Source of the DNA: Rhizodiscina lignyota
Taxonomy: Eukaryota
Reading direction: 5' to 3'
DNA: 64,000 nucleotides
Assembly (NCBI GenBank): GCA_010015805.1
Contig: ML978122.1
Location: 1,646,453-1,710,452, forward strand
Shown one piece after another: positions 34,393 to 47,980 of this stretch; the stretch's first letter is position 1, and every line of letters starts with the position of its first letter. Below the pieces are notes generated by a model. It was not told where the DNA came from, ran no database searches, and worked only from the letters and a program-made list of their open reading frames with translations. The position numbers were made by a program, and so were the translations under genes.

Positions 34393-37283
34393 ATGTTCCC
34401 GCTCTCCCTTCACCAGCCACAGGACGGCGCTCGCGGAGCAGCAGACCAGGCCCAGAGGCAACAGCAGAGATTGCGAAAGAGTCGGAGCTATAATGTGGTA
34501 ACGCCGCTGGTAGATCTGGTTCGGGATCCTGTAGGCTCAGTAGGAGGTGTCCTTGGCGCTGTAGGACAATGGCAGCAAGACGCGAAGGAGAGGAAAGAGT
34601 CGGAAGAGTTGAAGAAGAAGCAGGATACAGAATTTGAGGGGAAAAGACAAGTTCTGTATCTTCGTATGAAAGAGGTAAGCCAAGTTTTTGCGTCTCCGAG
34701 CACTCCACGTCAAGCCGCACTGTTTGAAATGTACACCGCTGATTCACATCTCGCCCAGGCGGACTCTTACAACAAATGGTATGCCGCAGCCATTGCGCTC
34801 GATGCGCTAGAAGGCAAAGACTCTTGGAAATCTAGCACTCAGAGCTTGCCGGCCTCGAAGTCTTACTACAATGCTGCACTCCTCACTCACCGCCTCCACG
34901 AGCTCGACGAAGCCCGATTGAACTGTGACGCGCGCAGAATGCTCTTTCTCATACGTACAACACTATCTCGCAATCTAGGTGGCATGAACAACCTACCGTT
35001 ATACAGGCACAGTCATGTTGGCACGAAGACACTGATAGAACGGTATATTGAGAGCACCACTGCAACTCTGAAGGCGTTGTTGGAGATTTGTGCTGCACAA
35101 GGATTACGGAAAGACGGCGATAATGGACGACTGGAATCAAGAGTCGTCTTGGAACAATTGCTTGCTGCGAGGCAAGCATTCGGTCGATCCGCTCTGCTCC
35201 TCTCGGGAGGCGGCACGTTCGGCATGAACCACATCGGCGTCGTCAAGTGCTTGTGGGAGCAGAGTCTCCTTCCTCGCATTATCTCTGGTAGCTCGGCTGG
35301 CTCAATTGTTTGCGCTGTACTCTGCACCAGGCCGGACCACGAAATCCCTGCCATGCTAGAATATATGTGCTCTGGAGATTTGGCCGTATTTGAAGATCCG
35401 GAAGAGAAAGAAAGAGAAGGTCTCCTGGCGACATTGAAGAGATTTCTCACTCATGGAGCTGTCTTCGAGAGCAAACACTTGGTGCGGGTGATGAGGGGAC
35501 TATTAGGCGATATCACATTTCAGGAGGCGTACAATCGCACAAGGAGGATATTGAACATCTGCGTCAGTTCCGCTAGCGTGTATGAGCTGCCCCGGCTCCT
35601 CAACTATGTGACCGCTCCTAATGTCATCATCTGGAGTGCTGTGTAAGTTCTACCAAACTTCTCACCGTGTTTTCAAGGTTTCACTAACTCCAGAGTAGTG
35701 CAACATCATGCTCCGTTCCCTTCGTCTTCATTCCTTCCTCTATTCTAGCAAAGGATCCGAAGACCGGTGAACACGTCCCCTGGAATGGCCCTTCGACGTC
35801 GCTTACTCCGCAACGCTGGATCGACGGTTCTGTGGACAATGATCTACCCATGACGCGTCTAGCCGAGATGTTCAACGTCAATCACTTCATTGTGTCGCAG
35901 GTCAATCCGCATGTCGTTCCATTTCTGCGATCTGAAGAAGGTGCTGGCGCTGAAGCACTCAATACTGACGGCGGCTCCGACAGCGCGGCAAAGGGATGGC
36001 TCAACACAGCCGCGGTTTTAGCGAAAGGGGAATTGCTGCATCGGATGCATGTCTTAGCCGACCTGCATGTATTTCCGACAACAATGACGAAGACGCGGAG
36101 TATTTTGAGTCAGAGATACAGCGGGGACATCACAATACTGCCCGAGATCCCATACAGTCAGTTCCCACTGGTTCTTACCAATCCGACCCCAGAATTCATG
36201 CTTCGCGCGATGAGAGCTGGAGAGCGCGCCACGTGGCCGAAATTGAGCCGCATAAAGAATGCTTTGAGCATCGAGATGGCTTTAGACGAGGCGGTTGCAG
36301 AGGCTCGAGGGAGAGTGGTCTTTAGTAAGAGCCAGGTAGATCTGCGACTGGGTGCATTTAGCCATAAGATGGAACAAGCGGGTAAAGGAAGAGGCAGAGG
36401 AAGAGCGAAGAACGAGCAATGGAGGCACAGTTCTGGTGCAAGACTAGATGGAAGTGATGCAATAGATCCGGTACCAAAAAGGAACAGGGATACAGACCGG
36501 CCGAGGTCACGGAAGCGGCCACCACAGCACATTGCTTTGCCGAAAGTCAGAGTTAGGCCCGAGGGTGTCTTGTCGTCTTCCTCTGCGACCATCGATGACA
36601 CGGATTCGGATGCAAAAAAGCATACGGGCATGTTTGCATTCTCATCCTCACCTTTGTCATCGCCAGACTCATCGTCTACGGGCCTTGATGACTCCGACAT
36701 AGACGGCGACATTAGTTTCAGCCACCCTCGGACTGCAGTACCAGAACTCTGGCCAACCACTCGCCAATATTTCCCTTCGACTTCTGAATCAGGTACGCCA
36801 CATAACATCCCGCGCTCCGGCAGTCAACACAACTTCTCCGCGTCTGCTGCATTGGCAATGACGCCTGCGCCACTGAATTCCACATTCCCTGCCGCTTTGA
36901 AGAAGGCTGCAACAATTGCTGCACCACAGCAACATGTTCCGCCTCCAACCCCACCTAAACAGTCCGACCCTGAGCGCCGCTACAAGCGGCTCTTCCATTC
37001 TCGTCCCTGGAAGCAAGTGGAACATCAGACACCTTCACGACCGGCGTCGATGTCCGTGCACACTCCACCGATAATAGGCTCGGCGCTCTCTATGACGGCA
37101 ATGAGCGATGCACAAGCGCCAGAACGGGGAAGTAGAAGGAAGAGCATTAGCTCAGGTCTGGTCAACGAGGCGATTCCGCTGGATATCAGTGGGACAAGAG
37201 GCATGATGCTAAGAAGAAAGAGTCAGCGGAAGCGGAGTTTGAGTACGGGCTTGCAGGGGTTGTTGCCGCCAGGGCCACAGTAA
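34393..37283 (+). CDS. Patatin-domain triacylglycerol lipase (Tgl4/Tgl5-like)
   Basis: ALLLSGGGTFG, ISGSSAG (GxSxG) and WIDGSVDNDLP; introns at 34675-34758 (in frame) and ~35642-35693. Confidence 0.92.
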
Positions 37284-37959
37284 TTTCGTGGTTTTGACAA
37301 GAGAATTTTCACTATGGAGTTGATGGCGTTTCCACTCGAGAATATGGGCTCCTCCTTGAGCGTGGTGTTAATGGTGCTCATGGGACCGCTGGATAAAATA
37401 CGTCATAGCGATGGTTTGATGATTATCTACACATTGGCATGGTGATTTGGATTAGATGCGCTGCAGCAACGCATAGCAGATCGTGACGTTGTTTTCATTT
37501 TTAAAATTGGCTGGCTGGCTGATTTGGATGCAAAGGACAGACTGGATATTGGTGGATTTGATACCAATGCGCGTCCTCCATGTCTATGGGGATTGACCCG
37601 CTATCAAGCTTTTGTACGATTCTATAGTAACATAATGGAATATTTGAAGTTCTATGAAGCTTGGCTGCAAGTGCGTCCGAAGGTTCGGCTTGAACGTCAC
37701 CGGAGTGTTAAATAGAGTATTGGGACTTTGCGACAATCACCTGCTCTCAGCTCCTAAAGCTATCTTTACTTGGAGTCGTACTATGTACGGAGCGTTAATC
37801 GAAACGCTACTCGAGTGCATATGGCAAATGGGAGCTGGACGGGACGTGGATATGGCCTATGAATTGGTTCTCCTTGACCAATGACGACGAAAATAATTGG
37901 AATCCTCAGAACTTCCGAAACACATAATGTCTCTACAGTAATAGCGATACAAACACAGT

Positions 37960-40295
37960 TCATGCAGCGCCACTTTCCCTCTTTTTGCTCTCGCGGAGCT
38001 GCTCCCTCTCCAAATGCACAGCGGTATGGTTCGTAAGGTACTGGGAGCTCTCCTTGACGAAGATTACCGTGACTGTGGCGATCACCCCGAAAGGAATCGT
38101 GCTCAGGAACACCCTTTGGAAAGCATACGCGTATGCACCCTTGAACGCAGTAATAGTCGCAGATTCCACAGCCGGAGTGACGCCGCTGAGAGCGCGCAGG
38201 GCCGCAGGCTTGCCCAACACAGCTTCCTGCACAGCAGGGACCAGCTCCTTTAGGCTGGAAGAAGGGAATCCATTTTCAAGAGCGGCCTTTGTCACTCGTG
38301 GCGCAAGCTGACTGTTGAGGACACCAGTGCGAATTGTGTTGAAGATCGCAATGCCGACGGATCCACCGGAGTTTCGGAATGTGCCAATAATACCGGTGGC
38401 TAGTCCCAGCTCGCGCAGAGGTACGTTGACACCAGCCGCAACGTAGCAGCAGAGGGTCGCCCACGAGAAACATATGCTCCCAAAGAGTTGCAAAGCCATC
38501 CATGCGGCCTTGTGCTGAGGGATAGTCGCGGCATATGCTGCAGTGAAGATTGTTTGAATGGCAAGTGCCACGACAAGCTGCTCACGCATGTGCTTAATCT
38601 TGTGCATGAATGCTGGAATGATGGCGCCTCCGATCAGCTGACCGAAATTGTTGGGTAACTGCGTAAGGCCAAGTTGGATTCCATCACTGCCAAAGACGTA
38701 GGTCGACGCTTGCGGGAGGATCGAGGCCATCGAGAAGAATATCATGCCAGCGACGAAGAGGCCAACCAAGAGCAAGCTGAACTCTCGAACTTTGCTGAAC
38801 AGTGAAAATGGAAAGAATGGGTTCTTGGCCAGAGTCCAGTCGTATACAAAGCACAAGATGAAGATGACGGCACCCAATACGATTGGGAGAATGACTGAGA
38901 CGCTCTTCCACGGGTATCCAGGCGTACCGGCCCAGCTAAAACCAATGAGAAATACAGTCAGACCAGATGTATAAAGAATCATGCCTATCCAATCCAGTTC
39001 GAACAACTCTTGCAGCCGGGACTTCTCATAGTCGCGTTGTGGTCGGGACGGGGGAAAGTAAGTGATGATTGTACCCGCCATCGTGACGCCAGCTACGATA
39101 ATACATATGTAGTAGACCCAGCGCCATGTCGCTTTCTCAGCTAGCTGAACGGAGATAATTGTCTGGCAGACGCCCCAGGGAAGGTTGATGCATAACTCGG
39201 CCCAGGACAGCGCCGCTCCCCTATTGAGATGATGTTAGCGTAAGTCCTCCGATCAGAGACATCCAAACAGTCCGCCGAAGGTGACAATGAAGCCCAGCTG
39301 TAGCTACAATAGATCAAACTGCTAGGATGCATATCCTCTTCGGCCAGTATGAATTGTGAGCATTGAAGCCGCGCAATTTTGATGCATACTCTCCGAAGCA
39401 TGTTAAATCAAGCTTTCAGAGAAGCCCCCGACCCTACTGAGGAAAATCCGCAAATATAGCCCCGGTTCGATCGCTATCAGGCTCAACTGCCCCGTCCCCT
39501 TGAACAGTGGTCATTATGCACTGAACGTACCTGTACTTGTTGGGAACGATCTCAGGGATTGCTGCATATGTAACAAAGACGAATCCGGCACCGAATCCAA
39601 TGATGGTGGAGCCCGCGATGACACTATGCACTGTCGTGGCCGTACCAGCCACAATCTATATTCACCAAATGCCATCAGCCTTGGACAAAGTTCGAAAGAG
39701 ATAATGCTGCAAAGACTTACAGCACCGACTATGGTGAACACCTGTCCAGCAACAATCACGTACTTGCGGCCGAAGATATCGCTGAAGGCGCCTGCAATGC
39801 AGAATGAGACTCCCGAAGCAGTACTCCAGCCGGACGGGATCCACCCGAGTGATGTATTGCCCACCGCCTCACCGATATTGTCTAGAACAGGCGTGACCAG
39901 GAGGAACCCACACCCGACCTTTTTTTGTACGCAGTTTAGCAAATAATGTAGACGGAAAGTGTGCGCCACAGGATACATACCGGTGCCGAGATCGCAAGAC
40001 CGAGAAACTGCAAGTGTTGAGTCAGTCACAGCTGTTTGCTTTGCCTGACTTCTTGACTGGGAGTACAAATACAAGCAGGTGCTGCGACAAGAACACGTAC
40101 GAAGATCGCTAGAGTCTTCATAAACGTCATCTTCTCCGGCTCAGGAGGGTTGTCCTCCAGCGCTGCGCGATGAGGGTCATCCTCGAGGTTAGAGAGCTTC
40201 TGTTCATCCTCCAACTCAAAAGTCGTGTCAATATTCCCAACGGGAGGTGCCCCTTCAATCTGCTCCGACGTAGACTTGGAGACTTCCATATTCAT
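37960..40295 (-). CDS. TRI12-like MFS efflux pump (14-TM DHA2 type), 5 exons
   Basis: SDIFGRKY, PEIVPNKYR, TWRWVYY, YFPPSRP, ELDWIG and YLTNHTAV; introns resolved manually. Confidence 0.88.
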
Positions 40296-41057
40296 GCTCT
40301 CTGATTGCGCAAAAAGGAATGCGAGGTTGATGGAGTGAGGTTCAAAGCAAATATCTTGTTAAATTCTGAGAGACAGGAAGACGGGCGCCGTCAAGCTGCA
40401 AGCGTCACATCACCAAAGAGCTAAAGAATCGAAGAATACCTCACTCTCACAGTGCGCCTGTTATGTGGCAGCGGTTCTTCATATACATAAGCGTATAGAG
40501 GATCGGGCGCCATATTGATTAATTCCCCACGGCGCCTCTCCGCGCGCTCAGGGTTGTCGATCCGGGGAAGTGAGAGGACCCGCATCCTCGGGGCTGCACT
40601 ACTCTGCCAGGTATTGCGTTGCAAGGTGGAATGAAAGAGCGCTGAGCACTACTGATCCTTCAGGAACCAGACGTCTACATTGATTGATGCGGACATGTAC
40701 GGAGAGTGGTGCGTTTGGAACGAACTGCCGTCGCGCCACATGTCTACGAAGGTCGTCGTAACTCCCCTGATCCCTGCTCGCTTCCGGCGCTCCCTTTTTC
40801 CCCGGACCAAGACACGCCGCAAGAGCTTTAATTAGGCCTTTAAACAGTCTTACGGTGAAAATATGGGGGAGGGGTAGTTAGCACGGCATTGCGGCACTTG
40901 AGCTGGGTGATAGACACCTTAAATGATTAACGGTGCGTCTCAGTCTTAAAGTGAAGACCTCCCGAAGCGCAACAGATATAGATTGGAGAAGAGCTTTAGA
41001 CCTCAGCTACGGCCGTTGCTACCGTGATATAGAGGACGAGAAATCTAAAAAGGGAAG

Positions 41058-42703
41058 ATGCTTGTCGACAATATTAAAGATCTTCCGCCCTGGGTGTGGG
41101 TCGTGGGCATCGTGATTCTCGCGCTCGGCCGAGCTCTGAGCTTTCGATATCAGAAGGGCCTGAGTAGATTCAATGGCCCATTCCTGGCTTCATTCACGAA
41201 CTTCTGGCGGTTCTGGCAAGCATTGTACCACTGGGATAGAGTCACATACCCAGATGTGCTCAAATACGGCAAAGTGATCCGTCTGGGTCCCGATACCTTA
41301 CTGTTCTCAGAGCCAGACGCGATTAAAGATATATATACCACCGGCTTCTCCAAGGCAAGCGATCTAATCGATCCTCATCTTCCTATGACTCTAAACACGA
41401 CTAACTTGGCTGGCAGTCGGATCAATATCGTGTTGCAGCGGGAGTGAGTAAAGGACAAATCGTAGCCAACATATTCTCGACCACCAACAAGGAGTGGCAT
41501 GGAAGGTTACGCCGTGCAGTCAGCAATGCATTTGCGCTGAGTACGCTGGTCCAATATGAGCCACTGGTCACCAAGACTCTCAGCACATTTCTGCGCGTCG
41601 CTCATCGAGATTTTGCGGACAAGCCTGGCGAAGCAGGCATCGTCGATTTCTCCCAGTACTCGAGGTTCATTGCCTTGGACGTGATCAGCGAATTGACTTT
41701 CGGCACACCGTACGGCCTACTAGAGGCTGGAAGGGACAACATTGGAATCACTAAAGGCAGGACGGGATTCAAACGATACGCCCATCTCGTGTATAACGTG
41801 AGCTGGGTAGACAATGTACTCTACAAGAACCCCATCCTTCTCTGGCTTGGCCGCATGGGCTGGTACAACAAGGTCACCGCCACAGTGCCGTTCGCGCAGA
41901 AGCAGATATTTGCGCGGCACGCCGCTCTACGCGACACGAAGAAGGCCGAAGACCTTGGAAGAGTTGGCGGTAAAGGGTCTGTGGATCTCTTGACCAAGTT
42001 CTTGCAGGCGAAGGTCGACTACCCCGAGGTCGTCGATGACCGTGCAGTCCTCGGCCTCACCCTCTCGATGGTCAACGCAGGCAGCGGCACCATCGCCACG
42101 ACGTTCTCGGGCATCATCTACTACCTGCTTAAGAGCCCGGTCGTAATGAACAAGCTGATGGCCGAACTGGACGCACACTTTCCTCCTCCGCAATCTCCAA
42201 TCAGCACCTCGTTCGAGGACTGGGTGGTCCCCTTCGGCGAAGCTCAGAAGCTCCCGTACTTGGATGCGTGCATCAAGGAGACGTTCCGAATCCACCCTTC
42301 TCTTGGAGGACAGCTCATGGAGCGCCTTACGCCGCCGGAAGGTGCGATCATTGCTGGCGAGCATATCCCAGGCGGTATCAGGGTGAGCAGCAATGCGTGG
42401 TTGGTGCACCGTCATAAGCCGACATATGGGCACGACGTGGAGGTGTTCCGCCCCGAACGCTGGCTCGACTGCGACAGTCAACAGCTGTCTGCTATGAATT
42501 CGGCCCTCCTGGTCTTCGGTGCCGGCCCTAACACGTGCATCGGCAAGAACATCGGTCTGCTGGAGCTGTACAAGATGATCCCGACAACCTTGCGGATGTT
42601 CAAGATTGAGCAGGTGGACTCGAATGCGTCGTGGAAGATATTCAATTTGGGTGATCCAGAGCCGTATGATTTCTTCGTGCGGTTCACCTCGCGGTATCGG
42701 TGA
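41058..42703 (+). CDS. Cytochrome P450 (pisatin demethylase/benzoate hydroxylase-like group), 2 exons
   Basis: N-terminal TM, GPFLASFT, AGSGT I-helix, KETFR (ExxR), PERW and heme motif FGAGPNTCIG; GC-AG intron at 41355-41416. Confidence 0.95.
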
Positions 42704-43289
42704 AAAACGACGCGTATATTATGCATTTGAACGTATGATCAGGATGTCTCGGATGTGTTCATGCACCGAAGATAGTGACCTCCACGATTGACAAACTCTT
42801 CTAACGATTGAGTTTCTGTGGAGCACAGCTATTGAACAGTTGTGATTGAGAGTAGATACACAACTATATCTACATCAGCAGCCGTTCCATTTGTCCGATT
42901 CTCGCTCACTTGGGGGTATCATCAATGCTAAAAGTACACAGCAGTCCCAAGCACAAAAGCATTACGCTCACTGATCGCCCCGGAACCCCAGATTCGTGAC
43001 GCTCAGCTTGCCGTTCCCACCCAATAATCGGTCAAACCGAGCCCGAGCCAGACACATAGTACAAAAGGAAAACAAAGTCTGCCGTATGCATTCTGTGAGT
43101 TGGAGATGCCTTGAACCCTGTCAATGCGATAGATGAATGAAATGTGGAATGAAAGTAAGCATGCTCGTGAGCAAAATGCAATGGACGCCGTTGACACGCC
43201 GAGTGATGCAATGATCCAGGACGCCGGCCATAGAGGTTATGACTAAAAAGGAAAGACAACTAAGAAAATGAAATGTTTCAATGAACGAT

Positions 43290-45413
43290 TTATGAGACCT
43301 CGACCTTTGGTATATCGTGCGGCTCCGCGCCGGCACCGGCCAAAGCCTCGATACCCAGACCAACGCCACCCCCATCGCTTGTAATGAAACCACTGGAAGG
43401 CTCATCGCGATTTCGATTGCTAGCGGCCAATCGCATCCATGGGTTCATCAAACCCATCACATCCCCAACATCCTCCTCTTCTTCTTGTTCCACTTCTGCC
43501 CCACCCACTTCCTCATCACCGTGACTTTCTACAAACTCCATCTTCTCTTCCTCGAGCTCCTCGTCTGTTCTCAAGACCCTGCCACCAAGCTTTATATCGC
43601 TAACGCGTACATTATAGTTGAGGGCTTTCTTGCCCTCATTGATAAGCTCTTCTGTCCAACCGAGACATCTCCTTAATGATTGATTCATCTTCTGGGAATC
43701 AATCAAGAGTTGCCGATGCTTCGAGAGGTCTAACATCAACCTCTTCTCGTCCTTGGCGATCTTCTTACTGTCATGCTCGGCAAGTGCAGACGGTGAGAGA
43801 GCAGATTCATCAGATTCTTCGGAGTCCTCATCCTCATCAGAGAGCAAGTCCAGGGCAGATGGCCGATCCTCATCGTCAGAATCAAAATACGCCTCCTCAT
43901 TAGCGGTACCGCCAAGTACATTCTCAGTCCCGGCAGTGGCAACGCTTAGTCGTCCAGCTCGCGTCAAGCGCCTGTACCGTCTCAGCTCCGCTTTCTGTCG
44001 GCGGACTTCACGCTCTAACTGCCTGTTGATAGCGAGAAGAGATGAATTGCTGATTTCAAGATCCATGACCTTGCGCTCGCGTCGAGCATTGGCGGCTAAC
44101 TCCGAAAGCTGGTTCGCAGCTTGTGCCACTGCCTTCGTTGGGCTGAGAGGAGTTGAAGACTGCGGACTCGAGGCACTCAAAGTGGGATCGATAGATAAAG
44201 GAGTGATAGCTGGTGGTGATGCCAGCGGTGGGGAGGAGACCTTGCGTTTGGTAGTCGTGACTTTCACCTGCGGCAGCTGTGGCGCGGTTGACACCGCCAG
44301 GGATGATCTCCTACTGGAAGATCTGGAGACGGAGTCAATCGATGACAGGCTCGCGTTCTTCGCATGACCTGTGCGAGGACTGCTTATCTCGGCGCTTGAA
44401 GGTCTGCTGTATTGCAACTCTTGGCCTCCAGATGTGGGAAGTATTGAGTTTGGTCGAATTACTTGCGAGGCACCTTTCCTGTACGACAGATGAATACTGT
44501 CTTTGCTAGGACTGGGCGGTCGCAAGTTCGGGACTTGACCTGTAGGATTGGCGAGCGGTTGCGGATCGGACAGCGATGAACTAAGAGTCGGTACTGGTAA
44601 CGGCTGTCCTTGTTGCATGCTTGTTTCTATTGTCCCGCCCGCATGGAGGAATTGTGATCGAGGTGGTGATGGCATGACTGGTGGCGGACTCTTGCTTGTG
44701 CTGCGAGTGCTGCGAGTGCTGCGAGTGCTGCGAGTGCTTCCTCCCTCTTGACGACCATTTACATAGAAGAATGAAGTACCTTTCTTCGTTGGAGGAAGCT
44801 CTGGCACTGGCGGCTGGCCCTTCGCATCATTTGCATGGAAGAACATGGGCGAGCCCTCCCGACTTGGAGACGTCGCACCGGCTCTTGACGATGTAGGAGG
44901 CCTAGCCAAAGTGTGCAACTGTGACCCGCCAACGCCAGAAACCGTGCTCTTCGGCCGCTTCGGTACGCTCGTACCGGTCATGACACCAGTGTTGAAGCTG
45001 TGCTGTGACGCATCCCCAGCATTGTAGAAGCCTTGTGTCGATCCATCGCCCGCCGCCGAAACGAACTTCGAGTTCGTCGGCGTACCGTTGTTGCTCCCAT
45101 CTGGTGTCGACTGTGTGCTATCCACACGAGATTTCCGTGAAGATGACCGAGGGGTGATATTGGAACTTATGAAGGCTTTGACAGGCGTGGAGAGCTCCTC
45201 CTTCGACGATGACGGTGACTTCGCAGATCCGAGGTCGCTTCGTGTGGACTTCCTAGATAATGGCGTACCGATCGTTGGAGCAGCTTGGTGCTGCGCAGCA
45301 AGTCTCGGCGTGAGCGGTGATCTAGCGGACCTGTTCGAAGCGAGCGTAGGCATCAATGGGCGGGCGGCATTGTTTGTGTGGTTCGCATTTACTTTTGGGG
45401 CGTCGTAGGGCAT
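43290..45413 (-). CDS. Conserved fungal hypothetical protein, low-complexity with C-terminal coiled coil
   Basis: Long ORF with the block ANARRERKVMDLEISNSSLLAINRQLERE...DLSKHRQLLIDSQKMNQSLRRCLGWTEELINEGKKAL. Start at MPYDAPK (45413) is assumed; the ORF extends to 45575. Confidence 0.8.
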   Translation of the reverse strand: MPYDAPKVNANHTNNAARPLMPTLASNRSARSPLTPRLAAQHQAAPTIGTPLSRKSTRSDLGSAKSPSSSKEELSTPVKAFISSNITPRSSSRKSRVDSTQSTPDGSNNGTPTNSKFVSAAGDGSTQGFYNAGDASQHSFNTGVMTGTSVPKRPKSTVSGVGGSQLHTLARPPTSSRAGATSPSREGSPMFFHANDAKGQPPVPELPPTKKGTSFFYVNGRQEGGSTRSTRSTRSTRSTSKSPPPVMPSPPRSQFLHAGGTIETSMQQGQPLPVPTLSSSLSDPQPLANPTGQVPNLRPPSPSKDSIHLSYRKGASQVIRPNSILPTSGGQELQYSRPSSAEISSPRTGHAKNASLSSIDSVSRSSSRRSSLAVSTAPQLPQVKVTTTKRKVSSPPLASPPAITPLSIDPTLSASSPQSSTPLSPTKAVAQAANQLSELAANARRERKVMDLEISNSSLLAINRQLEREVRRQKAELRRYRRLTRAGRLSVATAGTENVLGGTANEEAYFDSDDEDRPSALDLLSDEDEDSEESDESALSPSALAEHDSKKIAKDEKRLMLDLSKHRQLLIDSQKMNQSLRRCLGWTEELINEGKKALNYNVRVSDIKLGGRVLRTDEELEEEKMEFVESHGDEEVGGAEVEQEEEEDVGDVMGLMNPWMRLAASNRNRDEPSSGFITSDGGGVGLGIEALAGAGAEPHDIPKVEVS
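44698..44738. repeat. Coding 9-bp tandem repeat (GTGCTGCGA)x4.5 encoding STR repeats
   Basis: Directly visible perfect repeat; the minus strand translates as STRSTRSTRSTRST. Confidence 0.95.
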
Positions 45414-45964
45414 GGTGCCAGCGTGTGAGGCTGTTATCGATGCGGCACATGGCCCTGAAGAGGAGCGTATTGCATGCTTGTTCACAGGAGGCGAGTTCTT
45501 GCGTGTTGCGACGTACACGCTGGCGGAGTAGAGTCGAGTTGTGTTGATAGCGCCGTGACAATGCGGCGGCGACATGGGGTCTTGGTCTTGTTCATTGCCA
45601 ATGCCAAGCCATTGTTTCTCAATGCTCCATTCACCACGAACAGCACGCCAGACAGGTGTGCAATTAACTTGTTACGCTTATATCATGGACTTCTAGGCTA
45701 GCTCAGATCGCGTACACGCCAAAAACCTCTGCCTGTTGATTGTTTTCAAAATAACGCGCTGTCAGGAGTACGAGCAGGGATACGCGACTCTGCAGGCAGC
45801 CGCTTAGGGCCTTAGCAGAGGGGAGATATTATCAAATCGTTCATTCGGCAGCAAGCATTCACACCCCGCCGCTGTTACACGCTCGACGCGTGAAGTCATC
45901 GGCGCACATCCTCACAAACATATCACTGTGATGGGCATGGTTAGGAGGAAGTGCTTCCTCGAGC

Positions 45965-47980
45965 ATGTCAGCCACCGACGACGCGTCTGCAGAAGATGAA
46001 GTGCCCGCAAAAGTCGCTCACGAGAAGGATGAGAAGGAGGCCGAGCACGGCACGCTGAAATATCAACTCCTTGGGCCATCGTTGACGAAAGCGGGCCAGG
46101 ATGCCGTTGATCAGCAAAAGGTATGCCAACTTCTCATCTGATCCAAATAGACAATATCTCCCTAACTCTGACAGGTCTCCGAAATAATCTACAATGCCTC
46201 CAAAGGCTCGAAGTTCTTCAACAATGAGGAAGTCAGAGACAAGGTCCTCACCGAGAAGATCACCAAAATCCTCGCGCGGAAAGCGCAGCTCGACAAGCTT
46301 GATATCTCCCACGACCTCCGCCGAGCGGACGAGTGCGTGGCAGAGCTAGAGCTGTCCCGCGACCTCTCGCAACACATTGTCCACCTCGATTGCGATGCCT
46401 TTTACGCCGCAGTCGAAGAGCTAGACCGACCGGAGCTGAAAGACGTGCCGTTCGCTGTTGGCAAGGGCGTAATTACAACTTGCAACTATCATGCGAGAAA
46501 GTTCGGATGCCGGAGTGGAATGGCAGGATTTGTGGCGAAGAAGCTGTGTCCACAGCTTATCTGTTTGCCGCAGAATTTTGCCAAGTACACTGCGAAGGCG
46601 GAGGAGGTTCGCGCTGTCATAGCACAGTATGATCCGCGCTTCGAGTCTGCCAGTATCGATGAAGCGTACCTCAACATCACCTCATACTGCGAAGAGCGCC
46701 AGATGGACCCGGAGGAGGCAGTCTCACAACTGCGGGCAGAGGTCCACGAGAAGACGAAGATTACAGTATCGGCAGGTATTGCGCCCAACGCAAAGCTTGC
46801 AAAGATAGCCTCCAACCGTAACAAGCCTAACGGGCAGTTTCGCATTGCCGCAGACCGCGCTTCGATCATGACGTTTATGGCCGAACTGCCGTGTCGCAAG
46901 GTGAACGGTGTTGGTCGCGTCTTCGAAAGGGAACTTGCGGCCGTAGGCATCAAGACTTGCGCGGACATATACCCTCAACGTGGGTATTTGACGAAGCTGT
47001 TCGGAGACAAGGCCGCAGAGTTTCTGCTGCAGACGTATTTGGGCATTGGGAGAACTGCAGTGAAGCCTGCCGGAGAATACGAGAGGAAGAGTGTCGGCAC
47101 TGAAAGCACATTCCAAGATATGTCGGATTCAACGGTCTTGAGGAATAAGCTTCTGGCAACGGCAGAAGAGCTGCAAGGAGACTTGGAGAGAACAGGCTTC
47201 AAAGGGCGTACGCTATGCTTGAAGGTTAAACTTCATACTTATGAAGTGCTTACCCGGCAAACAGTTCCACCATTTGCGATTTGGAAGAAGGACGACCTCT
47301 ACAAATACTCATTGCCCATGTTGACGAAGCTTGAGAAAGAGATTCCGGGTATGAAGTTACGATTGATGGGATTACGAGTCACGCAATTGATAAGCACAAA
47401 GAAGGGAGGTGCTGATTTCTTTGGGCCTCACGCAAAAGTCTTAATGAATAATAAAAGCAATGAAGGCCACAAAGCGGAGGCTTCCATTATCGATGATGGT
47501 GGTGAATGGGAAGTTTGGCCAGAAGAGGAGTTTGAGGCTGCTGCGCGCCAGGAGCACCAGGAAGAAATGGCAGAGTTGGAACGTCTCAGCCAGGAACAAG
47601 GGTATGAACCGGAAACAACAGCAACCTCTTCGACGCAGCACAAACATGGCCGCATCTTGAACGAGCAGACAACGCCTTCCGTCAACGTCAACGTCACCGG
47701 GACAGATACGTTTCTTCCCTGTCCGATATGCTCAGTCCCACAACCTGCAAACGACAAAACTTTCAATGAACACATTGACTATTGTCTCTCGCGACAAACG
47801 ATCAGAGAGGCTGTCAAGGACTCCGGATCGCCAAATTCGCATATCCCAGTGGCTCACGAGAACGTACCGGCGTTGAAGAAATCAGCAATTGGTGGGAATG
47901 CCTTGAAGAGGGGGAGACCCAAGAAGAGCGATAGGGAGACGGATCAGAGGAACACCAAGAAGAGGCTGTTTTTCACTTGA
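45965..47980 (+). CDS. POLK: DNA polymerase kappa (Y-family, DinB), intron ~46121-46173
   Basis: LLGPSLTKAGQ, IYNASKGSKFF, HLDCDAFYAAVE, SIDEAYL, KIASNRNKPNGQ, and a UBZ finger CPIC...FNEHIDYCL. Confidence 0.95.

Noticed and set aside
39221..39530. Possible intronic TPP riboswitch or snoRNA
   Set aside because: No CTGAGA/ACCTGAT TPP core or RTGATGA box C found by eye; kept only as a long-intron note.
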